Source: an uncultured Planctomycetaceae bacterium
Lineage (GTDB): Bacteria; Planctomycetota; Phycisphaerae; SM23-33
Reading direction: 5' to 3'
Assembly: GCA_964428895.1 (NCBI GenBank)
Contig: CAYRZU010000002.1
Location: 14,595 to 78,594, forward strand
DNA: 64,000 nt
Position 1 is the stretch's first letter. The number at the start of each line of letters is the position of its first letter. The notes under the pieces were generated by a model. The model worked only from the letters and a program-made list of their open reading frames with translations. It did no database searches and was not told where the DNA came from. A program made the translations under genes and the position numbers. Shown piece after piece: positions 1 through 7,579 of the stretch.

Positions 1-503
1 GCGCTAGCCAGATCGAAGCTTTGGGCGAGACCCCGATCGACCACGTCAACTGGTGGGAAGACATGGCCAGCAAGAACGGGCCCTTCGTCAGCCCCGACAT
101 GTTCCGCGAGTTCATCCAGCCGAGCTATCACGACATCATGATGGCCGCCAAGACTCGCGGCGCCTGCATCTCCATGGTCGATTGCGACGGCGACCCGCAC
201 GACATCGTCGCCAACTGGATGGAAGAAGGGGTGAACATCATGTTCCCGCTGGAAGTCGCCGCCGGCGTGGACGCCTACGCCTGGCGCGAAGAGTTCGGCA
301 AGGAGCTGCTCATCCGCGGCGCCGTGGCCAAAGTGCCCCTGGTCGAGGGCGGTTCAGCCATCGACGCCGAAATGGAACGCCTCAAGCCCCTGCTCGACCA
401 GGGCGGGTTCATCCCCCACCTCGATCACCTCGTGCCCCCGGATATTTCCTACGACAACTACCGCTACTACCTCGACGCGAAGCGGAAGTTGATTGGAAAG
501 TAG
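1..503 (+). CDS. Uroporphyrinogen-decarboxylase (URO-D)-like family protein, C-terminal part; 5' end lies outside the window
   Basis: The frame is open from position 3 with no upstream stop and ends at TAG 501-503. The C-terminal region (SPDMFREFIQPSYHDI...GFIPHLDHLVPPDI) resembles URO-D/MtaA-fold proteins. It shares an SP(D/E)M(F/G)ERF..PY motif with ORF 42451-43557. Confidence 0.5.
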   Translation, partial: ASQIEALGETPIDHVNWWEDMASKNGPFVSPDMFREFIQPSYHDIMMAAKTRGACISMVDCDGDPHDIVANWMEEGVNIMFPLEVAAGVDAYAWREEFGKELLIRGAVAKVPLVEGGSAIDAEMERLKPLLDQGGFIPHLDHLVPPDISYDNYRYYLDAKRKLIGK

Positions 504-510
504 GCTTCCG

Positions 511-562
511 TATGAAACGGGAGGGTTGCTAGTACTCGCAACGGTAACCGTCCCGTTTTGCC
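511..562 (+). terminator. Hairpin plus T-run downstream of the URO-D-like gene (putative intrinsic terminator, possibly bidirectional)
   Basis: AAACGGGA (515-522) pairs with TCCCGTTT (551-558). Inner stem GTTGC (525-529) pairs with GCAAC (538-542). TTTTG follows at 556-560. Confidence 0.4.
540..555. repeat. Direct repeat copy 1, AACGGTAACCGTCCCG (the 3' arm of the terminator hairpin)
   Basis: Perfect 16-bp match to 1705-1720. It sits inside a more degenerate ~45-bp duplication (511-555 versus 1672-1720). Confidence 0.8.
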
Positions 563-570
563 CATAAGGC

Positions 571-1635
571 TCATGACGGAGTTGGGGAGTCAGCCTCGAG
601 CGATTGAGACAGGAAGCGATCTCTGTTCATGAGCAGGAATGCCTTGAAGCACGTCTTTGCGATCTTCAGCATGTTCTGGAACTCGATTGAGCCAATCGTT
701 GAGGCATGAGCACGATCAAAGTCATTCTGATCCTCAATATACGGCTTTCTCGATCCCTCGTTCGGAAGCAGTCCCCCCTGATGAGCTAGAGTTGATCGCA
801 AGGTATAGATTTCATCCTTCTTCTTCTTGGGCACCTCAAAGCAATACTTATCGAGAAGGTCTCTGAACTTTCTGCGCACCGCGTACATGGGCTGCCCGCA
901 CGTGGTGCAGTTCTTGCCCTCTCCATCTAGGTGCTCAATGTGGACCAACGCCTCGATCGCCGTGATCATTAGCAGGAAGGATACACTGATCTCTGAGTCC
1001 ATCAGCCCTATCGCCTTCGACAGCACGTCACATGCATTCAGGTAGAGACCTTTCAGATCCGAATCTGGGGCAGTGAGGTAGATCTCAAAGAGCTGAGCCG
1101 TTGGAATGCCGGTTCTGTCCCCTGTCGATTGATCCATCATCTCTAGCGCCACAGGATCTATGAGGTCATAGCCCTCGGAGGGCAGTATTGGGCCTACCTC
1201 CGTCTCATACGCATGATTATACCCCTCCTGACCATATTCCGCCGAGCGACTCAAGTCAGTCAGGCTCGTGAACCACGATTGCCTAACGCCATAAGCCAGG
1301 AAGAACTCCGGAGAAATGGCGTTCAATAGTGCCAACACTTCTCGGGACCTTTCGTATGCAATCCAAAGATTTGCACTCCAATCAGGGACAGGCACAACAA
1401 CGTGTTCGTCGAAGTTTGGCTTCTCAGCCAAGTGATAGCTGAATTCCCTGACCGCCCGGACTCCAGATCGCTCCTCATATGAGATGTCGAGAAACATCGG
1501 GTGGTGGCCAATCTCTGCAGGAGGGAGGGGGAAGTCTAATGGGCAGTTCGCTATGCGGAAGTGCGGCGGGCACTCGAGAAGCACGTCGCGTTTTTCCCGG
1601 GTGAATACTATGTATCGCCTTGTCTTCATCGGCAT
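571..1635 (-). CDS. Hypothetical protein encoded in an AT-rich insert; possible HEPN-type (Abi-like) defence protein
   Basis: The ORF is 571-1737. The preferred start is the internal ATG at 1635 (MPMKTRRY...), preceded by GGAG. The region is visibly AT-richer than its flanks. The C-terminal part has TLRSTLAHQGG (R-x4-H) after the hydrophobic helix FLLMITAIEALVHIEH. No family was recognised. Confidence 0.5.
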   Translation of the reverse strand: MPMKTRRYIVFTREKRDVLLECPPHFRIANCPLDFPLPPAEIGHHPMFLDISYEERSGVRAVREFSYHLAEKPNFDEHVVVPVPDWSANLWIAYERSREVLALLNAISPEFFLAYGVRQSWFTSLTDLSRSAEYGQEGYNHAYETEVGPILPSEGYDLIDPVALEMMDQSTGDRTGIPTAQLFEIYLTAPDSDLKGLYLNACDVLSKAIGLMDSEISVSFLLMITAIEALVHIEHLDGEGKNCTTCGQPMYAVRRKFRDLLDKYCFEVPKKKKDEIYTLRSTLAHQGGLLPNEGSRKPYIEDQNDFDRAHASTIGSIEFQNMLKIAKTCFKAFLLMNRDRFLSQSLEADSPTPS

Positions 1636-1704
1636 GGTCTCCTGGCGGATAATTGCTAACCCGTAGGGAACAAAGCGGAACGGTTGCCTCTTGTGGCTTC
1701 CATG

Positions 1705-1720
1705 AACGGTAACCGTCCCG
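1705..1720. repeat. Direct repeat copy 2, AACGGTAACCGTCCCG
   Basis: Perfect 16-bp match to 540-555. It lies just upstream (promoter side) of the minus-strand AT-rich ORF. Confidence 0.8.
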
Positions 1721-1758
1721 ATTAGCCGCGGCCGCACGATCTGGCCACGGTGCAGTAG

Positions 1759-3009
1759 TTACTCGATCGGTGTTGCTTGCACGTCGCCTGCCTCGACGGC
1801 TTCCAGCAGAGCGCGTTGTGCGGCTGCATAGTGACGAGGGTAGACGCTGTAGACGAACACATCCCCCTTGGGGGTCATCGCGTGTGTCCATTCATACCCA
1901 CGCTCCGTAAGGAAGTCGCAGAGACGAGCGTGCTTGCTACCGAAGTCCTCTTCGTCCATCGCCAGATTCGCAAGTGTCTTGGGCGGCTGGTCGACGATGC
2001 GAGCGATGAACCCGCCTGGCCCAGCGCAGTTCTCCACCTTGACCAGGAGCGTGTTCTCCCCCTTGGTCAGCTCGACGGGCACGAAGTCCCTCTTGTTCGT
2101 GCCATGAATGACGTGCGCACGATGAACGAGCTCGCCATTGAGGTATGCCTTCCCGCTGTCGTCGGTGCCTATCTCCAGGAACGTTCTGCGGCCGGTGGCG
2201 CTTTGGACGGTCGTGTAACCGTACATCACAGCGAAGTGGTAGGGCCACGGCCCGGGCTCACGGTAGGGCGCGCCGAAGACACTCTCGAAGCGGACATCGT
2301 CCGTCGGCGAGGTATGCCTCTGCCACTGGCGGGATGTCCCATCTGAGTACGTGACGGTGGCCCCCTCAGTTGGACGCACCGCGGTCTCCCCCCCGGCGGA
2401 TTCCAGGTAGTCGACCAGGAACCGTCCCCGGAGGCGCTCGACGAAGCGGTAGCCAGTCGCCGCAATCCGTTCGCCTTCCTCTGCGGTTAGCGCTCTGCCA
2501 GGGAACGGTCCGCAGACCAGCCAGTCGCGGATATAGGTGTGTTCCGCCGTATCGTCTTCTTTCAAGGCGCCGCCCTCCTGTTTCGCAAGCTTGATCCCGA
2601 AGCTGTCTTCCCGTTCTCCCCATCCGGGCCCTGGGGCCGGAAGGCCGACCCCGAGGAGAGAATCTTTGCTTTCGGCCTCGAGGCCAAGCCAGATGTCCAT
2701 CGGCCAGCCTTTCCCGGGCAGGCGAAATGCCAGTTTGTTACCACGGAGAGCCAGTGTGACTTCCTGCTGCTTCCCGTCCGTAACGGAACCCGAGACGATG
2801 CCCGTCCAGCGTCCTTCTTGCGGGGCGGAGACCAGAAGGCTCATCGTCATTCTTTCCGTGCCCTCGTTCGGGCGGTCAACGGCAGTGCCCCGCCAGGACC
2901 CAACGAAGTCACTGGGTGATGCCGTGTCGAGCACCTTCAGAGAGGGTACGATGCGCTCGCATCCGGTCACGACGACACACGCGATGAGGATCATTCGTGC
3001 ACGTTTCAT
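1759..3009 (-). CDS. Predicted lipoprotein of unknown function
   Basis: The N-terminus MKRARMILIACVVVTGC has a lipobox-like signal. An AGGAAAGGA RBS precedes the start at 3009. No family recognised. Confidence 0.55.
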   Translation of the reverse strand: MKRARMILIACVVVTGCERIVPSLKVLDTASPSDFVGSWRGTAVDRPNEGTERMTMSLLVSAPQEGRWTGIVSGSVTDGKQQEVTLALRGNKLAFRLPGKGWPMDIWLGLEAESKDSLLGVGLPAPGPGWGEREDSFGIKLAKQEGGALKEDDTAEHTYIRDWLVCGPFPGRALTAEEGERIAATGYRFVERLRGRFLVDYLESAGGETAVRPTEGATVTYSDGTSRQWQRHTSPTDDVRFESVFGAPYREPGPWPYHFAVMYGYTTVQSATGRRTFLEIGTDDSGKAYLNGELVHRAHVIHGTNKRDFVPVELTKGENTLLVKVENCAGPGGFIARIVDQPPKTLANLAMDEEDFGSKHARLCDFLTERGYEWTHAMTPKGDVFVYSVYPRHYAAAQRALLEAVEAGDVQATPIE

Positions 3010-3067
3010 TTCGTTTGTCCTTTCCTGCCAACGAGGCCAGGTTCAGTCCTTCGCGTCACGGCCCGCG

Positions 3068-3742
3068 CTAGAGGGCCGGGACGTAGGCGCGGCGCTTCTT
3101 TCTGTGGATGACGTGCAATATGATCGTGACGATCAGACCTGCCAGGCCTGCCAGACCCAACGCAAAGCCCACAAACACCGTCAGCACACCGACGAGTATC
3201 CCCTTGAGGAAGCCGCCTTTGCTTAGCGCCAGAACGTACGGCTTGGCTGCATCAGCTCCGGGCAGCGGTTCGCCATACAGCTTATATCGACCTGGCTCGT
3301 CGACCGTCACCTTCAACAACGTCACGCCGCTGTAGTGTTCGTCCATGTAGGTCATTGAGTAGGTTGACTTCGTGGCCGTGGGGGAAAGCGACAACTCCCG
3401 GCCCGTCTCGACGTGGACGAGGCGACATGAGACGGCCGACCTGTCGGACAAGGGCGGCGACCGAAACGACCGACCATCGATGTGCGACACGTGGTCATAG
3501 TTGATGACGTAGTGGCCGGCTTCGAGTTCGAACTCGGCCTCGCCCGGCATGAGGGCGCGTTGCTGAGAGGCGCGAGAGACCGTGGCGAGAATGCCCAATA
3601 CGAAGACCACCACGCACAGGCATGCTCCGGCCAGGCCCAGGACCGAGAGCAAATAGCCAAGCCAGAACTTCCGCCGGCGCGGTGCACTCGGTGCTGGCGG
3701 CGGGGTCGCGGGGGTGTCAAAGGCTGGAGTCGTCTCTGCCAT
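3068..3742 (-). CDS. Membrane protein of unknown function (Pro-rich N-terminus, N- and C-terminal TM segments)
   Basis: An AGGAG RBS overlaps the stop of the upstream beta-mannosidase. Hydrophobic segments LLSVLGLAGACLCVVVFVLGILA and ILVGVLTVFVGFALGLAGLAGLIVTIIL. Confidence 0.5.
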   Translation of the reverse strand: MAETTPAFDTPATPPPAPSAPRRRKFWLGYLLSVLGLAGACLCVVVFVLGILATVSRASQQRALMPGEAEFELEAGHYVINYDHVSHIDGRSFRSPPLSDRSAVSCRLVHVETGRELSLSPTATKSTYSMTYMDEHYSGVTLLKVTVDEPGRYKLYGEPLPGADAAKPYVLALSKGGFLKGILVGVLTVFVGFALGLAGLAGLIVTIILHVIHRKKRRAYVPAL

Positions 3743-3751
3743 TGGGAGCTC

Positions 3752-6256
3752 CTAGTGTTCGAGCTGATTTGTACGCTCTTGGTACGTGTCGAAGATACTC
3801 CGGACCTTCAGACGTTTGCGGACCTCGGCCAATGTTGTCTCTTCGCTCGGGGTCAGTTCGATGGTGATCGGTAGACCGGGGCGGACGGATAGGAAGTTGT
3901 CACTGAAGCGGGCGTTGAAGCCCTCCAGTTCCAGCCAGGCCCACAAGGCTGGGCGGGCGGCCGAGAGCGTGACGGTGTAGGCACCCTCACGCTTGCCGCG
4001 GCGGACGGTGGCTCGCAGCTTGGGGTCTTGTAGTTCGATGTGCTTGGGGCGCACCAGCAGCACCAGGTTGCGGCTGACGACCTTGCCCTTGACCAGGAGT
4101 TCCAGCCAGAGCAGGAGGTTGCCGGCGCCGTGTTGGTCCGCGGCATCGCGCAGCTTGAGCGTGGTCACGCGGGTGTTGCCGTTGGCTTTGGCCCTCACCG
4201 GCGAACGGCCGTCCACGACCGTCTTTCCCGCGGCTGTGGTTAGGGTCCATTGCACCTTGCCGGTGGCCGGGGCGGCGGTGGTGTTGCTGACGTGCAGTTC
4301 GACCGTCTTGCGATCCATATCTTCCAGGCCGGTGACCAGCAGGGGCGAGTAGAACGCGCGGGCCATGTAGTGCAAGGCCTTCCAGCGGCCGAAATAGTCG
4401 AGCGACGACCACGTGGGGCCCGGCCAGGTGTCGTTGATCTGCCAGTAGAGGCTGCCCATGCAGCGCGGCATGTGGCGACGCCAGTGTTCGACCGCATACT
4501 TGATGGCCAGGCCTTGCTGGATCTGACTGAGCCAGATCGTATTTTCAAAGCCGACCGGCATGCGGAACCAACTGAGCATGTAGTGGGCAATCAGCGAGTT
4601 GCCGATGCCGCTTCGCTGGTGATGCTCCATCACGCGGCTGGTCAGGTTGCGGTCTTCGGGAACCGTGAACGTTTCGAGGGTGCGCGGCTCGGGGAAGCTC
4701 TGGAACCCGTACTCGCTGCAGAAGCGGTGCAGGCTGGTGCGGTACCACTCGAACGGTTCCTTGAGGTGCCAGACATTCCACACGTGGGCGTCGCCGCAGG
4801 CGGGATTGCTGGAGAATCTGCGGTCGCCGGTGGGCGAGAACTGACTCGACGGGATGTAGTCGATGCCGGGATGGTGCTTCTTGACCACGCCGGCCAGCAT
4901 CGTGTCGAAGAAGGGCTTGTACATTGCCCACGTCATGCGGAACGGGATGTCGTCCTTGACCAGGCCGCACATCTCGACTTCGTTATTGCCGCAGTAGAAG
5001 GCGATACATGGGTGCTGACGCAGCCGCTTGACGTTTTCGACGGCCTCGAGCTTGGCGTTTTCGAAGAAGGCAGGATCGTCCGTCGGATAGGCGGCGCACG
5101 CGTACATGAAGTCCTGCCAAATCATCAGGCCCAGCTCGTCGCAGAGATCGTAGAACGTGTCGTCTTCATAGATGCCGCCGCCCCAGACGCGCAGCATGTT
5201 CATGTTCGCCTCGGCGCAGCTTTGCAGCAGGTCGGCGTAGCGCTCCGGGGTGACGCGATTCTGAAACGCGTCGGCTGGAATCCAGTTGCCGCCTTTGGCG
5301 AAGAACGCCTGGCCGTTGACCTCGAAGTAGAACGACTGGCCCCAGCGATCGTTCTTGCGGATGTTCTTGATGGTCCGCAGGCCGATGCGGTGTTGCCGGC
5401 GGTCGAGCCGCTTTCCGTCGGCGCCAATGAGCTGAACATCGAGCGTATAGAGGTGCTGCGCCCCCATGCCGTTGGGCCACCAGAGCTTGGGGTCCTTGAT
5501 GGTCACCGCCGCTCGGCCGCGCCCCTTGCGCAAGGACACGATCTCCTCCGCGACGATCTTCTTGCCGTCGCGAAGCGTCACCACGGCCGTCAGGGACGAA
5601 CGCTTAACGACGTCCGCGGGAACCGTGATATCCAGGTCTGCGCGATTCTTGGCGTGCCTCTGGCGGATCTCCACGCCCCCCAGACGCGCGGTGTTGAAGG
5701 CGACCAGCCGAATCGACCGCCAGATGCCCGACGTCGCGCACATCGGACCCCAATCCCAGCCGAAGTTGCACTGCTCCTTGCGAAGATGATTGCTCCCCAC
5801 CAGCTTCGTGTCGTCGCCGACCGCCTCAAGCCGCCGCGCCTTGTCCCGGCGGATGCCCTCGACCACGGGCGAGGCGAAGGTGATGCGAAGCTCGTTGACG
5901 CCCGTAGTTAGATGCCGGGCGACGTCGAACTCCCAGGCCCGGAACATATTGTCCGTGCGCCCCACAACTCGCCCGTTGATCTCGATCTTGGCCAGCGTGT
6001 CCAAACCGTCACACTGCAGGAGTACGCAGTCATGGGCGAGCAGGGATCTCGACGCCTTGAAGGTACGGCTGTAAACCCAGTCCGTCTCACCGACCCAGAA
6101 CTGCTTCAGCTCGTTGTCACGGAAGAACGGATCGTCGATCGACCCGGCCGCCATCAGGTCCGTGTGAATACATCCTGGCACGGTCGCCGGAATGCTTTCG
6201 GTCGAGCCTTTCTGTGCGACCGTCCATCGGTCACCGCCCAGATCAAGCATCTGCAT
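3752..6256 (-). CDS. Beta-mannosidase (GH2)
   Basis: 834 aa. GH2 beta-mannosidase hallmarks: NMFRAWEFD N-terminal sugar-binding region, WGGGIYE, FYCGNNEVE (acid/base Glu), QDFMYACA. RBS GAAGGG. Confidence 0.85.
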   Translation of the reverse strand: MQMLDLGGDRWTVAQKGSTESIPATVPGCIHTDLMAAGSIDDPFFRDNELKQFWVGETDWVYSRTFKASRSLLAHDCVLLQCDGLDTLAKIEINGRVVGRTDNMFRAWEFDVARHLTTGVNELRITFASPVVEGIRRDKARRLEAVGDDTKLVGSNHLRKEQCNFGWDWGPMCATSGIWRSIRLVAFNTARLGGVEIRQRHAKNRADLDITVPADVVKRSSLTAVVTLRDGKKIVAEEIVSLRKGRGRAAVTIKDPKLWWPNGMGAQHLYTLDVQLIGADGKRLDRRQHRIGLRTIKNIRKNDRWGQSFYFEVNGQAFFAKGGNWIPADAFQNRVTPERYADLLQSCAEANMNMLRVWGGGIYEDDTFYDLCDELGLMIWQDFMYACAAYPTDDPAFFENAKLEAVENVKRLRQHPCIAFYCGNNEVEMCGLVKDDIPFRMTWAMYKPFFDTMLAGVVKKHHPGIDYIPSSQFSPTGDRRFSSNPACGDAHVWNVWHLKEPFEWYRTSLHRFCSEYGFQSFPEPRTLETFTVPEDRNLTSRVMEHHQRSGIGNSLIAHYMLSWFRMPVGFENTIWLSQIQQGLAIKYAVEHWRRHMPRCMGSLYWQINDTWPGPTWSSLDYFGRWKALHYMARAFYSPLLVTGLEDMDRKTVELHVSNTTAAPATGKVQWTLTTAAGKTVVDGRSPVRAKANGNTRVTTLKLRDAADQHGAGNLLLWLELLVKGKVVSRNLVLLVRPKHIELQDPKLRATVRRGKREGAYTVTLSAARPALWAWLELEGFNARFSDNFLSVRPGLPITIELTPSEETTLAEVRKRLKVRSIFDTYQERTNQLEH

Positions 6257-6411
6257 CGTGAAGTCCCTTCATCAAATCGCCATTTCCTTCGGAGATGTAG
6301 TGATAGGCTCTCAGGGCTCGTCCGTCCACCGGGGAATTGGCGCAATCGCCGGTTGCATGATGGCCTCAAGTTGGGCAGACTCTCCGGTCACCCGTAATGG
6401 AGAGCACAACC

Positions 6412-7449
6412 ATGACCCGATGGTCCATCGAGCAGGCGCAACAATGGTATGCCAAGCAGCCATGGCTGGTCGGCTGTAACTTCCTCCCCAGTTCGGCCGT
6501 CAATCAGTTGGAGATGTTCCAGGCCGATTCTTACGACCCGGCCACCATCGACAAGGAACTCGGCTGGGGGCAGGATCTGGGCTTCAACACCATGCGGGTC
6601 TACCTGCACGATCTGCTGTGGAGTGTCGACCGGGATGGGTTCATCGAACGCCTCGACGACTTCCTGGGCATCGCCGATCGGCACGGCATGAAGATCCTGC
6701 TGACGCTGTTCGACGACTGTCACCGCCCCGACCCCGTGGGCGGTCCGCAGTTGGCGCCGATCCGTGGCGTCCACAATTGCGGCTGGGCGCAAAGCCCGGG
6801 CTACAAGCTGGTCGAACAGTTTCATGACGGCACGATTTCCGAGGCCGAGCGCGAGCGGCTGCGCGAGTTCGTCACCGGCGTGATCACTCGCTTCAAAGAT
6901 GACGAGCGTGTCCTGATGTGGGACCTGTACAACGAGCCGGGCGGCAAGGCCAATCCGCTGCTGACGGCCGCGTGGGAGTGGGCCCGGGGGGTCGGGCCCT
7001 CCCAGCCGCTAACGGCCTGCCTGGAAGGCGCCGGCGGCGAAGACTGCATCGTCACCAATGCGGCCAATTCGGACGTGATCACGTTCCACTGCTACGACGG
7101 CCCGCTGCTGGAGAAGATCATCCTCGCCCACCAAGAGACCTTCGAAGGCCGTCCGATTGTCTGCACCGAGTACATGGCCCGGGAACGCGGGACGACGTTC
7201 CAGCACTCCATGCCGATCCTGAAGAAACACCACGTGGGCGCCATCAACTGGGGCTTCGTGGTTGGCAAGAGCCAAACCCATTTCAACTGGGAGACGGTCC
7301 TGAAGCTGGAGGACCTTCGGGACCAAGGCGCGTTCCTGAAGCCGGGCGAGGCGATTCCCGAGCCGGAACTGTGGTTCCACGACATTCTCCGCATGGACGG
7401 CACGCCGTTCAGCCAGGACGAGGTCGACTTCATCAAGAGCGTCACCTAA
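6412..7449 (+). CDS. Clan GH-A glycoside hydrolase (GH5-like; candidate beta-mannanase given the adjacent GH2 beta-mannosidase)
   Basis: DLYNEPGG matches the NEP acid/base motif of GH5-type TIM-barrel hydrolases. Second ATG (6412) preferred because of a GGAGAG RBS 7 nt upstream. Confidence 0.65.
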   Translation: MTRWSIEQAQQWYAKQPWLVGCNFLPSSAVNQLEMFQADSYDPATIDKELGWGQDLGFNTMRVYLHDLLWSVDRDGFIERLDDFLGIADRHGMKILLTLFDDCHRPDPVGGPQLAPIRGVHNCGWAQSPGYKLVEQFHDGTISEAERERLREFVTGVITRFKDDERVLMWDLYNEPGGKANPLLTAAWEWARGVGPSQPLTACLEGAGGEDCIVTNAANSDVITFHCYDGPLLEKIILAHQETFEGRPIVCTEYMARERGTTFQHSMPILKKHHVGAINWGFVVGKSQTHFNWETVLKLEDLRDQGAFLKPGEAIPEPELWFHDILRMDGTPFSQDEVDFIKSVT

Positions 7450-7476
7450 GGCCGCCTCTGTCGCGACGCCAAATCG

Positions 7477-7484
7477 CCCCCCCC
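7477..7484. repeat. C8 homopolymer in the -35/spacer region of the putative promoter of the glycyl-radical enzyme gene
   Basis: Eight consecutive C at 7477-7484, 18 nt upstream of the TAGAAT -10 element. Confidence 0.8.
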
Positions 7485-7499
7485 AATCGCGGTCGGGCG

Positions 7500-7508
7500 T
7501 GCTAGAAT
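7500..7508 (+). promoter_or_regulatory. Extended -10 promoter element TGCTAGAAT upstream of the GRE gene
   Basis: TG at 7500-7501 and TAGAAT at 7503-7508, about 70 nt before ATG 7580. The same 11-mer CGTGCTAGAAT recurs at 14388-14398. Confidence 0.4.
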
Positions 7509-7579
7509 TAGCAGTAACGGCGGCCCAAGGCCGTTCGATAGCCCGGAGGCCGGCCATCGCATTGGAGTGAACCAACACA

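Noticed and set aside
4250-5911. 553-aa plus-strand ORF
   Set aside because: It lies entirely antisense to the well-supported GH2 beta-mannosidase gene. Its composition is V/G/A/R-rich, typical of high-GC antisense frames, with no motifs.
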